From: Acidobacteriota bacterium | GTDB taxonomy: Bacteria > Acidobacteriota > Thermoanaerobaculia > Multivoradales > Multivoraceae | DNA length: 64,000 bases | Assembly: GCA_029263415.1 (NCBI GenBank) | Contig: JAJCXN010000028.1 | Span: 64,013 to 128,012, forward strand | Direction of reading: 5' to 3' | Shown here: positions 45,876 through 55,717 of the stretch, in pieces | How the letters are laid out: every line of letters starts with the position of its first letter | Position numbering within the stretch: the first letter of the stretch is position 1 | Position numbers and translations under genes: made by a program | The notes under the pieces: model-generated | The model's database searches: none | What the model saw: the letters and a program-made list of their open reading frames with translations, nothing else | What the model was told of the DNA's origin: nothing

Positions 45876-47442
45876 CAGCGTCCTCCCCTGCGGACGATGC
45901 CGCCAGGACTCGGGAGACAAGTCGCTGAAAGTGCTTTCCTCGGTCAACGAAGCTATCGAACTGGTCGAAGCTTGCGCAGGCTGGCGAGAGCAAGACAACC
46001 TCGCCAGGTTTAGCGTTGATGCTAGCCAGCTTGACCGCCTGTTCGATGGTTCCAGCCATCGACGTCGATGTGAGATCGCCCAGATCGCGCTCGAGATCGC
46101 TCGCCGCCTCACCCACCAGGTACAAGTGAGCGACCCTTGAAGCCACCGCAGGCCGCAGTTCCTCGAAGTCAGGTCCTTTGGAACGACCTCCAGCGATGAG
46201 GTGAACGGTCTTTGGCCCGAAGCCGGTGAGACTCTGCTGGGTCGCACCGATGTTGGTGCCCTTGGAATCGTCGTACCAACGCACACCTAGGGCCTCGCCC
46301 AGATACTGGGTCCGGTGAGGCAACCCCTGAAAGCCTGCCAAACGCTCGACCACGGACGACAGCTCAAGACCCAACGGAATCGCGAGCAGAAGCGCCGCCA
46401 TGGCATTCGCCAGGTTGTGATCGCCCACCACCTTGAGATCGCTGCGACCAAATACCCGCCGAGCAGAACGACCGGGCTCTACCAGAAAGACCGCGCCGTC
46501 TCTTAGATAGCAACCGTCGATCACCGGGTGGTCCAAGGAGAACTCGCGACGCCTCACTCCGGAGTTGAGAGACGTAGCTCGAACAGTCTCATCGTCCGCA
46601 TTCAACACGGCGATGTCGCCCGCGCGCTGGGCAGCGAAGATGCACTGCTTGGCGGCCAAGTACTGCTCGGCAGTTCCGTGGCGATCGAGGTGATCTGGCG
46701 AGATGTTCAACAAGGCGGCAGCCTTCGGCCTGAAGCGATCCGTGTCCTCAAGCTGAAAACTCGAGAGTTCGACCACCAAGTTCTGCTGCGTGAACGCTTG
46801 GGTCCGCGCTTTGCGCACGCAATCAGAAAGCGGCACGCCGAAGTTGCCGCAGGCGATCGCCCTATCGGTGCCAAGCAACTCGACGACCAACTGAGTGGTC
46901 GTACTTTTGCCGTTGCTGCCTGTGATGCCACAGATCTGATCAGAAGCGTCCTTGCGGTCCGAGGAGAGGAACCGAAAGGCGACTTCCACTTCACCAAGAA
47001 CCGGACGTGCCATCTGTTTGGCGCGTGCAACCAGCGGGCGCTGCTTCGGAACTCCTGGGCTGAGAATCAAGGCATCGATGGTTCTCGCTTGAAGGCGCTC
47101 GGCTTGATCGGTGTCCAACCGTTCGAAGTTCGGGTTCCCTCGCAGGTCCTCGGGGAGTTCGAGTTCATCACGATCATCAATAGCAACCACACCAACACCA
47201 CGATCGAGCAGCAGTCGACTGACCGCAATACCTGAGAGCCCGAGTCCATAGACCAGCACCCGGCGCATTTCTTCAACTTCCAGGCGATCGCGCCCGGCAG
47301 CGCTGGCGGCGTCAGCAACGGGGGCGGCAGGGGTAGCGCGGCCTCCGACATCGCCATCGGCGCCAGTGCTCCCAGGGTCTGAAAAAAGGTATGGCACTCC
47401 CGCGGCTATCGTGGAGCTACTGACTTGCTGAAGGTTCAACAT
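45868..47442 (-). CDS. murD: UDP-MurNAc-L-Ala--D-Glu ligase
   Basis: GLGLSG, SPGVP, ITGSNGKSTT, ELSSFQL, NISPDHLDRH, GLPHR, DDSKGTN, LSPACASFDQF. Start is ATG 47442 or 47268. Confidence 0.95.
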   Translation of the reverse strand: MLNLQQVSSSTIAAGVPYLFSDPGSTGADGDVGGRATPAAPVADAASAAGRDRLEVEEMRRVLVYGLGLSGIAVSRLLLDRGVGVVAIDDRDELELPEDLRGNPNFERLDTDQAERLQARTIDALILSPGVPKQRPLVARAKQMARPVLGEVEVAFRFLSSDRKDASDQICGITGSNGKSTTTQLVVELLGTDRAIACGNFGVPLSDCVRKARTQAFTQQNLVVELSSFQLEDTDRFRPKAAALLNISPDHLDRHGTAEQYLAAKQCIFAAQRAGDIAVLNADDETVRATSLNSGVRRREFSLDHPVIDGCYLRDGAVFLVEPGRSARRVFGRSDLKVVGDHNLANAMAALLLAIPLGLELSSVVERLAGFQGLPHRTQYLGEALGVRWYDDSKGTNIGATQQSLTGFGPKTVHLIAGGRSKGPDFEELRPAVASRVAHLYLVGEAASDLERDLGDLTSTSMAGTIEQAVKLASINAKPGEVVLLSPACASFDQFDSFVDRGKHFQRLVSRVLAASSAGEDAGG

Positions 47443-47444
47443 CG

Positions 47445-48521
47445 CTAGCGCAGCTTCAAGGTTGAAAGGCCCAGCAGGGCACAGAGAATCGAGGCGATCC
47501 AGAAGCGAACAATGATCTTCGGTTCTTTCCATCCGAGCATCTCGAAATGGTGGTGGATCGGTGCCATGCGAAAAATGCGTCGGCCACGCAGCTTGAAAGA
47601 GCCCACTTGCAGGATGACCGAGACCGCCTCGAGCACAAACACGCCGCCAACAACCGCCAGCACGATCTCCTGTTTGGCGACCAACGCCACAGATCCGATC
47701 GCGCCGCCCAGCGATAGCGAACCAACGTCACCCATGAAGACTTCAGCGGGATATGCGTTGAACCACAGAAAGCCAAGACTCGCGCCAACCAGAGCTCCCA
47801 AGAAGATCGTCACCTCGCCTGCGCCAGGCACATAGGGCACCTGCAGATAGCCCGAGGCAACGGAGTTTCCAGCGATATAGGTAAAGACTGCGTAGGTACC
47901 AGCAGCGATGAGGGTGGCACCAATGGCAAGTCCGTCGAGCCCGTCGGTGAGGTTCACAGCGTTGCTCGCACCCACCAGGATGAAGGCAGCAAACGGGATG
48001 TAGAAGATGCCGAGGTTGATCACCATGTTCTTGAAGAACGGAAAGGTCAGTTCTCCGTCTAGCCCCCCAAAGGACAACATGCCCCAGCCCAGGAGAACAC
48101 CCACCACCGTCTGCAGCAGGAGCTTGCCGCGCGCACTCAACCCCTGGTTGTGACGACGAGCAACCTTGATGTAGTCATCGACGAACCCGATCAGACCGTA
48201 TGCCGCAGTTGCACCCACCGTGAGCAGGACGAATGGGTTGGTCATATCGGCCCACAGAATGGTGGGAACCAAGACCGCAAAGAGAATCAACACGCCGCCC
48301 ATGGTCGGCGTTCCAGCTTTCACTTGGTGACTCTCGGGCCCCTCCTCACGAATGCTCTGTCCAACCGAGAGCCGCTGCAAGAAGCGTACAAACGCTGGGC
48401 CAAACACAATCGACAGAACCAGCGCGGTGGTGGTCGCAGCGCCCGCGCGGAAGGTGATGTACTGAACAACATTGAGAGGGCCGAACATCTCGCGCAACGG
48501 GAAGAGCAAGTGGTACAACAT
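47445..48521 (-). CDS. mraY: Phospho-MurNAc-pentapeptide transferase
   Basis: KAGTPTMGG, GFVDDY, SNAVNLTDGLDGLA, FMGDVGSL, RMAPIHHHFE. TGATG coupling with murF. Confidence 0.97.
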   Translation of the reverse strand: MLYHLLFPLREMFGPLNVVQYITFRAGAATTTALVLSIVFGPAFVRFLQRLSVGQSIREEGPESHQVKAGTPTMGGVLILFAVLVPTILWADMTNPFVLLTVGATAAYGLIGFVDDYIKVARRHNQGLSARGKLLLQTVVGVLLGWGMLSFGGLDGELTFPFFKNMVINLGIFYIPFAAFILVGASNAVNLTDGLDGLAIGATLIAAGTYAVFTYIAGNSVASGYLQVPYVPGAGEVTIFLGALVGASLGFLWFNAYPAEVFMGDVGSLSLGGAIGSVALVAKQEIVLAVVGGVFVLEAVSVILQVGSFKLRGRRIFRMAPIHHHFEMLGWKEPKIIVRFWIASILCALLGLSTLKLR

Positions 48522-50020
48522 CAGTCGTTCACCCCTGCTGGTTCGCCGAAGGCAGCAACAACACGCTCGAGCCCAACACTGCGCGAGCCCTTGACCAAGA
48601 CCACGTCGCCCCGGCGCAGTCGCTTGGCGATCGCCTGCGCTGCATCCGCGTTCTCGAACCACTTCACCTTGGAACCCGCTTCGCTTGCCCCTGCGAGGAT
48701 CTCGCGCGCCATCTCGCCTACACCGACCACGCGGTGATAGCCCAGCGCACCAGCTAACTCGCCTGCTTCACGATGCAACTCTGAGCCCTGCTGCCCAAGT
48801 TCCTTCATCTCGCCCAAGACTGCCCAGAGGCGACCGCGCACCGCCCGCTCGTCGCCACTTCGGCTCTCGTGCTGGTAAAGCGTCGCAGCGGCCCGCAGTG
48901 CGTGTTCCAGCGCCGAGGGATTGGAGTTGTACGAGTCGTCAATCACACGAGCGCCCCCAACGGACGCAACCGATCCACGACCCGGCGGCAACTCTGCTGC
49001 TTGAACGGCGCGGGCGATCTGGTGTAGCTCAACGTCTAAGTAGCGAGCGCAGGTCGCTGCAGCCAGGAAATTTTCGACGTTGACCGAACCATGTAGAGGT
49101 AACGACAACTCAACCGCCTCACCACTCTGGTGGTCGACGAGACGCAGTTCGTGACCGTCGCTAGTGGTCGAGACATCCTCAACCCGAAGCGGAATTTCGA
49201 AACTCATGTCGGCATCGTCGATACTGGCGGCAAAGCCGAGGATCTTCCCCTTCGCGTTCTGCGCCAAGAATCGGTGCGCTATTTCCACTGTGCAGGGATC
49301 GGTCGCATTGACGATCACCAAACCATCAGGATCCAAACCCTCGAGGAGTTCGGCCTTCGCGTCAGTGATCACCTCGTGACCAGTGCGACCGCCCAACCCA
49401 CCGTCACGCTCAAAGCCCTCGACGTGGGCGTGCCGAACGTTGGTGAAGATGCCGATATTCGGACGCCCCAGACGACTGACGCCGCCAAGTTCTCCCGGCG
49501 TCGACATTCCCATTTCGGCGACCATCCACTCGGTCTGGTTAGGAATGCTCATCAGCGCCAGCGGAAAGCCGAACAGGTTGTTGAAGTTGCCGGGACTTGG
49601 CGCGGCTGAAAACCGCTGCGACAGCATCGCCGTCAGCAACTCCTTTGTGGTTGTCTTGCCTGCTGAACCGGTGATTGCCACCAGATGCTGAGGAGCCTTC
49701 TCACGCACCGTCCGCACCAGCGAGTGCAGCGCTTGGTAGGTGTCCTCGACCTGGATCAAGACACCTTGATCTGGAGCGTGGTCGGCTTGCAGGTTGTCTT
49801 GCGGAAGGCGACTCACCACCGCTCCGGCAGCACCCGCTTGCAATGCCTGATGCACGAATCGATGGCCGTCGGTCGCGGCACCGTCGAGCGCGAAGAACAA
49901 CTGACCCGGCTGGGTTGCACGCGAGTCAAGCACAGCCCCGTCGAATCGGGCGTGCTGGTCGCCCCGAACGACAGTACCGTTCATCGCGGCGGCAGCTTCT
50001 TGCATGGTCATTTGGACCAT
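48521..50020 (-). CDS. murF: UDP-MurNAc-tripeptide--D-Ala-D-Ala ligase
   Basis: ITGSAGKTTTKE, NFNNLFG.P, EMGMS, IDDSYNSNP, LGEMKELG, LVKGSRS. Confidence 0.96.
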   Translation of the reverse strand: MVQMTMQEAAAAMNGTVVRGDQHARFDGAVLDSRATQPGQLFFALDGAATDGHRFVHQALQAGAAGAVVSRLPQDNLQADHAPDQGVLIQVEDTYQALHSLVRTVREKAPQHLVAITGSAGKTTTKELLTAMLSQRFSAAPSPGNFNNLFGFPLALMSIPNQTEWMVAEMGMSTPGELGGVSRLGRPNIGIFTNVRHAHVEGFERDGGLGGRTGHEVITDAKAELLEGLDPDGLVIVNATDPCTVEIAHRFLAQNAKGKILGFAASIDDADMSFEIPLRVEDVSTTSDGHELRLVDHQSGEAVELSLPLHGSVNVENFLAAATCARYLDVELHQIARAVQAAELPPGRGSVASVGGARVIDDSYNSNPSALEHALRAAATLYQHESRSGDERAVRGRLWAVLGEMKELGQQGSELHREAGELAGALGYHRVVGVGEMAREILAGASEAGSKVKWFENADAAQAIAKRLRRGDVVLVKGSRSVGLERVVAAFGEPAGVND

Positions 50021-51636
50021 GTGCCTTGTCCTGAGTCAGCCGGACTGCCGGAAGTACCCTGTAGGTCCTTCAAGACCCGCTCGATTTCGTCGCGATCGTT
50101 GAAGGGGCGCACAACTTCATTGATTGTCTGCCCCGACTCATGTCCCTTTCCTGCGATGACTACCGCCCAGCCGTCTTCGCCAGCAGCTCGCTCAAGCGCC
50201 GCTTCAATCGCGGCGCGCCGATCGCCAATCACTTGCACTTGCGCAGAGCTCGATACCGAGCGGATCCCTTCGAGCACTTGCTCGTGGATCGCCTGAGGAT
50301 TCTCGTCACGGGGGTTGTCGTCGGTGAGGATCGCGAGATCCGAAAGTCGCGAAGCGGCAATCCCCATCAAAGGGCGCTTGCCTTGGTCCCGATTGCCGCC
50401 GCAACCGAACACCACCATCAGCTTGCCGGACCACAACGAACGAACTGAATGCAGCGTTGCTTCCAACGCGCCGTCGGTGTGCGCGTAGTCGATCAGCACT
50501 AAGAAGTCTTGACCTGCTTCGACGCGCTCTAAGCGACCAGGCACTGCCGAATGACTGAAGAGCGCCTGGCGGGTTGCTTCGTGCGGGATCTCGAGCGCCT
50601 CAGCGATGCCTACCGCCGCCATGACATTCCAGAGGTTGTAGCGCCCAAGGAGTGATGTCTCGATCTCTAGCGGGCCACTTGGCGTAGCGAGCGTCGCCTG
50701 GATCCCGTTCCGATCCAAGCTCGCGCTCACCACATCTATCGACTGGTGCGAGGTGGATGATTCAGACTCGCCGTAGCTCAGAACACGACGATCGCCGGCC
50801 AACTCCGGCACCCCGACTTCGCCAAGCAAGCGGCAACCCCACTGGTCATCCCGGCAGATGACCGCAACGCCGTGCTCCTTCAATAGCGAGAACAGATGGC
50901 GCTTCGCGGTGAAGTAGTTCTCAAAGTTGCCGTGATAGTCAAAATGGTCGCGGGTGAGATTGGTGAAGACGCCAACATCAAGCCGAGTCTCATCGACTCG
51001 TCCTTGATCGAGCGCGTGCGACGAGACTTCGAAGCTAGCGGCTTGCGCACCTAGACCGGCCATCCTGCGCAACAAGCGGAAGAGATCGGACGCCTCTGGC
51101 GTCGTGCGCTCACCACCGAAGTGGCGAGAGCCAAACGAATAACCCAAGGTCCCCAGCGTGCCGCAAGGTTTGCCCGCTGCCTCGAGGATCGCAGCAGCTA
51201 AGAACATCGTGGTGGTCTTGCCGTTGGTACCAGTCACGCCGACCGTCACCAACTCACGATCAGGACGGCCATAGACGCGAGCGGCAAGCGGGCCCAGGAG
51301 CCGACGCGGCTGCTCCGCTTCGAGCCACGGTACCGCATGATCTGGGGCGGAATCCTCAAGTGGGCCACCGCAAGCCAGAACCCCAACGGCTCCACGATCG
51401 ACAGCGCCGGACGCAAATTTGCGACCGTCGAAGCGCTCGCCTGGCCAAGCGACAAAGAGGTCGCCAGCTTCCACTTTGCGCGAGTCAAACTCGATCCCCG
51501 AGATCGAAATGGATCCACGGTCGCCCAAAGTTTCCGCTCCCTCAATCGGCAGGCCTTCGACCAAGTCCCTGAGGGTCACCGGGTGAGCCATAGCCGCTCC
51601 ACTTCCTGCACCGTCAACGGCGTCGCGGACCATCAA
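50008..51636 (-). CDS. murE: UDP-MurNAc-dipeptide--meso-DAP ligase
   Basis: GVTGTNGKTTT, TTPE, EVSSHALDQGRV, FTNLTRDHFDYH, VPGRLE, DYAHT, DDNPR (DAP-type motif), AGKGHE. Confidence 0.96.
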   Translation of the reverse strand: MMVRDAVDGAGSGAAMAHPVTLRDLVEGLPIEGAETLGDRGSISISGIEFDSRKVEAGDLFVAWPGERFDGRKFASGAVDRGAVGVLACGGPLEDSAPDHAVPWLEAEQPRRLLGPLAARVYGRPDRELVTVGVTGTNGKTTTMFLAAAILEAAGKPCGTLGTLGYSFGSRHFGGERTTPEASDLFRLLRRMAGLGAQAASFEVSSHALDQGRVDETRLDVGVFTNLTRDHFDYHGNFENYFTAKRHLFSLLKEHGVAVICRDDQWGCRLLGEVGVPELAGDRRVLSYGESESSTSHQSIDVVSASLDRNGIQATLATPSGPLEIETSLLGRYNLWNVMAAVGIAEALEIPHEATRQALFSHSAVPGRLERVEAGQDFLVLIDYAHTDGALEATLHSVRSLWSGKLMVVFGCGGNRDQGKRPLMGIAASRLSDLAILTDDNPRDENPQAIHEQVLEGIRSVSSSAQVQVIGDRRAAIEAALERAAGEDGWAVVIAGKGHESGQTINEVVRPFNDRDEIERVLKDLQGTSGSPADSGQGTWSK

Positions 51637-53489
51637 CGTCCGTCTCCCAAGCGCAGGCTCGCGACCGCGATGGCTTGCTCGGCCGCCGTGCTCTTATTCA
51701 CCGGAGCGGGCTCGCGATCGCGCCGCAGAGCCAAGAAATCGTCGCGGCGATCCCAGACGTCGCGATCCGGCTGCACGCCCAAGTAGAGCAAGGCGCCTTC
51801 GACTACTTCGCGGAACACTGGTGCGGCGACTTCGCCCCCACCGGTCACCACCTTGGGCTCATCAATCATCACCAAGGCCACCAGCTGGGGATTCCCGGCG
51901 GGGGCCATGCCCACGAAGCTCGACAGCCGAGCGGTCAAGGAGTAGCCGGTACTGCTCGACTTCTGAGCGGTCCCGGTCTTGCCAGCAACTCGATACCCGT
52001 CGATTCCCGCCCGAACGCCGGAACCCTCCTCGACGACTCCTTCGAGCAACCGGATCAGGTCCTTGCGGGTTGCCGAGGAGAGATTGAGCTGGCGCGACGC
52101 GGGTCGCGGCGCGGTGACCACGTCTGTGCCATCTCTGAAACCACGCACCAAGAACGGTTCGCTCAGCGAACCCGAGGCGAGTGCAGAATAGGCGTTGGCC
52201 ATCTGAATCGGTGAAACGGCGAGACCGTGACCGAATGAGTGGAATGCCGAGTTCAAGCGAGTCCAGCTCTCGAGGCCAACGACTTGGCCCTTAGTCTCAC
52301 CCGCCAGATCGATCCCAGTAGGTTGTCCAAAGCCGAAGTCCATGACCGCGTTGAACAGCGGCTCCGCGCCGACCCGCAAGCCAGCCTTGATGGTGCACAC
52401 GTTGCTTGAAACCGCGATCGCCTCGCGAAAAGTGAGAACGCCGAACGGCTTGTGATCGCGGATGCGGGTGCCATCGATAGTGATCCCGCCATTCTCGCAG
52501 TCGATCCGATCATCCGGACGCACCGTCATTGAATCGAGAGCGGCTGCGGCAGTCACCATCTTGAACGTGCTGCCCGGCTCATAAGAGTCGAGCACCGCGC
52601 GATTGCGTCGAGCTTCGTCGTCAAAGGCGCCAAAGTGGTTCGGATCGAAATCGGGCACATTGGCCATTGCCAAGACCGCCGAATCGCGCGGATCGAGTAG
52701 CACCAAGATGCCGGCCTTAGCTTGGTGACGCTTCACTGCCTTCCTGAGCGCACGCTCAGCGAGATGCTGCAGGGTAGCGTCGAGGGTGAGGATCAGATCA
52801 GTACCCGGCTCGGGCGTTTGTTCAAGCGAGAATGGCGCAACGAATCGCATGCCCGACGCATCTCTCAGCACCCGCCGCGTTGCGCCGCGTCCTGCGACCA
52901 CATCGTCGTACTTGTACTCGAGACCCGCAAGACCGTTGTTGTCGACGCCGACATAGCCCAGCACGTGGGAGCCGATCGAGCCGAGCGGATAGTCGCGGCG
53001 GCTCTCCTCCAGGAAATGCACACCCGGCAGTTCCATCTTTTCCACCTTGGCGATCATGTCCGGATCGAGCTGACGAGCCGCCCAGACGAAGGCCTTCTTG
53101 GTCGCCAGCCGGTGGCGAAAGTCCGTCGCTCGCTTGCCCTGTAAGCCCAGCGTTGCGACCAGGCGGTCGGCGACCAACTCGACCGCACCGGCTCGAATCG
53201 CCTCGCTTGGATCAACGTAGACCGACTGCACCTGGACTGAGACCGCAAGCTCGCGACCCCTGGAGTCCAGGATCGCGCCTCTGGGAGCTGCCAATTCAAC
53301 GATCTGGTGTTGCTGGTCTTGCGCGGCTGCTTTGAAGTGGTCGTATTGCGACACCTGCAGGTCGTAGAGCCTGAGGCCGAGAAGACTCAGCCATGCCAGA
53401 GCGAAAAGGCTGAAGGCGGCCAAGCGACCACCCCCAAAACCCAATTCGTTCTCCGAGCGACGCACCACGCGATCGACGCGGACCGTCAT
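51633..53489 (-). CDS. ftsI: Class B penicillin-binding protein (FtsI/PBP3)
   Basis: RGAILDSRG, YEPGSTFK (SxxK), SSN, KTGTAQ. Confidence 0.95.
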   Translation of the reverse strand: MTVRVDRVVRRSENELGFGGGRLAAFSLFALAWLSLLGLRLYDLQVSQYDHFKAAAQDQQHQIVELAAPRGAILDSRGRELAVSVQVQSVYVDPSEAIRAGAVELVADRLVATLGLQGKRATDFRHRLATKKAFVWAARQLDPDMIAKVEKMELPGVHFLEESRRDYPLGSIGSHVLGYVGVDNNGLAGLEYKYDDVVAGRGATRRVLRDASGMRFVAPFSLEQTPEPGTDLILTLDATLQHLAERALRKAVKRHQAKAGILVLLDPRDSAVLAMANVPDFDPNHFGAFDDEARRNRAVLDSYEPGSTFKMVTAAAALDSMTVRPDDRIDCENGGITIDGTRIRDHKPFGVLTFREAIAVSSNVCTIKAGLRVGAEPLFNAVMDFGFGQPTGIDLAGETKGQVVGLESWTRLNSAFHSFGHGLAVSPIQMANAYSALASGSLSEPFLVRGFRDGTDVVTAPRPASRQLNLSSATRKDLIRLLEGVVEEGSGVRAGIDGYRVAGKTGTAQKSSSTGYSLTARLSSFVGMAPAGNPQLVALVMIDEPKVVTGGGEVAAPVFREVVEGALLYLGVQPDRDVWDRRDDFLALRRDREPAPVNKSTAAEQAIAVASLRLGDGR

Positions 53490-53830
53490 CAGAGCTCCTC
53501 CTCGGCGAACAGGACCTGCTCCACTCTGGGATGTACTAGGCCCATATCGCCGACCAAACCCTCGAGTCGAGCAGGGCTAGCCAGACTCGCGGCTTCGCGG
53601 CGTAAGCGTCGCTCTTCATCTTGACGAGAATCCAACCGGCCTTCGAGCGTGGTGATCTCGAGCCCGAGTTCGAGCACACGCACATGCACACTCGCATAGG
53701 CCAGTAGCGACAGGCCCACGGGAGCGACGAAGAGCAGCACAATACCGAGGTCACGCCAGCGTCGTTGGGAACGCTCGCGAACCAAATAGGTATTGGCCAC
53801 TGGCCGTCTGAATGCGTATCCCGTTTTCAC
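53489..53830 (-). CDS. ftsL: Cell division protein FtsL
   Basis: Small bitopic protein with coiled coil ending LASPARLE, between rsmH and ftsI. Confidence 0.8.
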   Translation of the reverse strand: MKTGYAFRRPVANTYLVRERSQRRWRDLGIVLLFVAPVGLSLLAYASVHVRVLELGLEITTLEGRLDSRQDEERRLRREAASLASPARLEGLVGDMGLVHPRVEQVLFAEEEL

Positions 53831-53871
53831 CGTCTGTCTCTTTAGTCGTTCTCTAGTCTGCGTTTTGCGTC

Positions 53872-54885
53872 TCAGATCCTTCGGGCAGCTCGCAGGCGCC
53901 CTGAGCGCGACCGCGGGTTTGTCTCGACCTCTTGATCACTCGGACGCACCGGCTTCTTGGTCAAAAGTTCAATCAGCCGGGTCTCTACTCGGGCACTGCC
54001 GGTGACTTCATCCACCTCACCCCGAGCCGCGGCCCGCAAAGCAGTCTTGGCAATCCGATCTTCCAAGCTGTGGTAGGAAATCACTACCAACCGCCCATCG
54101 GTCTCAAGTTGCTGCATTGACTGGTCGAGCAGTTTCTCGAGACCCGCAAGCTCCTGGTTGACCTCAATGCGCAAGGCTTGAAAAGTGCGGGTTGCCGGAT
54201 CGATTGGCTGGCGGCGTCCGTAGACGCGTCGCGGTTCGCCGACCGCCGAGATCACCGTCTCGCGAAGATCGCCTGTTGTCTCCAACGGTCGCTGTTCACG
54301 TTGCTTGGTGATTGACCGGGCAATGCGGCGTGCCTGACGTTCCTCGCCGTAGTCTCTTAGTACTTTTTCCAACTCTTCCTCCGAGTAGCTGCGGACGACA
54401 TCTGCCGCGGTAAGACCGCAGCTGGTGTCCATGCGCATGTCGAGCGGACCGTTGCTTCTGAAACTGAATCCTCGAATGCCCAAGTCAAGCTGCATCGACG
54501 ACACGCCAAGGTCGGCAAGGATGCCCGCCACCTTGGGCTCGTCAAGCTCACCCAGGACCTCGGCCAGGTCGCTGTATTCAGCGTGAACCGCGCGGAAGCG
54601 CCCGCCAAACCGGGCAAGGCGGGTACGCGCTCGGCCGAGCGCATCGAGATCTCGGTCGATCCCGATGACTCGCGCTCGAGGCTCGCGCTCGAGCATGGCT
54701 TCTGAGTGGCCGCCCAAACCGAGCGTGCAATCAACAAAGGTGCCGCCGCGCTCCAGATCCAGGAATGCGAGCGATTCTTCGAGCAGTACCGGAACATGGA
54801 CCGCGAACTGTGGCTCATCTGCGAGCGAAGGCGCTCCCTCAAAGGATGGGTGCGCTGGTGCAATTGAAGGAGGGCGCTCATTCAC
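53872..54885 (-). CDS. rsmH: 16S rRNA m4C1402 methyltransferase
   Basis: HVPVLL, DCTLGLGGHS, DLGVSSMQLD, RGFSF...PLDMRMD, FQALRIEVNQEL, ISYHSLEDR, NPRSRS. Confidence 0.97.
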   Translation of the reverse strand: MNERPPSIAPAHPSFEGAPSLADEPQFAVHVPVLLEESLAFLDLERGGTFVDCTLGLGGHSEAMLEREPRARVIGIDRDLDALGRARTRLARFGGRFRAVHAEYSDLAEVLGELDEPKVAGILADLGVSSMQLDLGIRGFSFRSNGPLDMRMDTSCGLTAADVVRSYSEEELEKVLRDYGEERQARRIARSITKQREQRPLETTGDLRETVISAVGEPRRVYGRRQPIDPATRTFQALRIEVNQELAGLEKLLDQSMQQLETDGRLVVISYHSLEDRIAKTALRAAARGEVDEVTGSARVETRLIELLTKKPVRPSDQEVETNPRSRSGRLRAARRI

Positions 54886-55325
54886 TAGATCCCCTTCTCC
54901 GCTAGATCAGCGAAGTCCTCATCGGTGAACGGCTCATCAGCCAAGCGCTTCAAGAAGCGATCGCGGTTCCAGACCTGAAGATGGTCGGCGCTGCCGCACA
55001 CCACGATCTCGCCGCTCAAGTCCGCGGCCTCGCGCAGCACAGGCGACACCACCAAACGACCTTGCCCATCGAGCGTGCTTTGTTGGCCGAAGTAGCTGAC
55101 CCGCTGCAAGTACCTCTGTCGTGACCGATCGCTCGCCGGCAGCGACATCAACCGACCCTCGATCCCCTCCCAGACAGGCAGCGGATAGAGCAATGCCACG
55201 TCGCCCTGAATCGAAGTCAGGAAGACATCTCGCCCCCACGATTCCTCGAGTACCCGGCGAAAATCGCTGGGCATCTTGAACCGACCCTTGGCGTCGATTT
55301 TGGCGATTGAACTGCCACGGAACAT
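54885..55325 (-). CDS. mraZ: Division/cell wall cluster repressor MraZ
   Basis: MFRG..., IDAKGRF (DxKGR), LDGQGRL (DxQGR), DHLQVWN; 146 aa from ATG 55325. Confidence 0.95.
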   Translation of the reverse strand: MFRGSSIAKIDAKGRFKMPSDFRRVLEESWGRDVFLTSIQGDVALLYPLPVWEGIEGRLMSLPASDRSRQRYLQRVSYFGQQSTLDGQGRLVVSPVLREAADLSGEIVVCGSADHLQVWNRDRFLKRLADEPFTDEDFADLAEKGI

Positions 55326-55454
55326 AGCTGCTGCCTTCGCAAAAGCGCACGGCAATTGAGCCGCTACGCGCTGCCGAATAGACCTCAGCCGCGATCACGT
55401 AATACACGAATCGCCCCAAGACTGAGGATTTCAGCTAGAAAGTAGCAGGTTTGG

Positions 55455-55489
55455 GCCAATTTTGTCCATTTCAAACCACTTCGATCCAC
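55455..55489 (-). promoter_or_regulatory. MraZ-binding direct repeats
   Basis: Minus-strand GTGGA, GTGGT, ATGGA, TTGGC at 55485, 55475, 55465 and 55455, an exact 10-bp period upstream of mraZ, as known for MraZ (G)TGG boxes. Confidence 0.75.
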
Positions 55490-55560
55490 CCTTTTCCGGA
55501 AAGGAGCCACGGAGGCTAAATCGCTCCATCTAGGGACCTTAAGGCGCGGCCCAACGTTCT

Positions 55561-55706
55561 GGACCGGTCGCTACGGGTACAAGGCCGGAGCCCAGAACCG
55601 TCGATCACCCACGCTGCGTTGCGACGACCGCCCCGGCGACCTGCTGGTCCTTCCACTGGCTCAAGAGTGGAGAGCCGCTTGGCCTACCCGCGGTAGCGAC
55701 CCCTCC
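55561..55706 (-). ncRNA. Candidate structured RNA (long irregular hairpin), family unassigned
   Basis: Nested pairings GGUCGCUAC/GUAGCGACC, GGGUA/UACCC, GGCC/GGCC, GAGCC/GGCUC, AGGACC/GGUUCU, GUCG/CGAC; G-U pairs favour the minus strand. Confidence 0.4.
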
Positions 55707-55717
55707 CGTGGCTCAGG

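Noticed and set aside
55561-55706. RNase P RNA or SRP RNA upstream of mraZ
   Set aside because: Too short for rnpB and lacks GAGGAAAGUCC; no SRP GNRA-capped CAGG/AGCA domain. Kept only as an unassigned candidate RNA.
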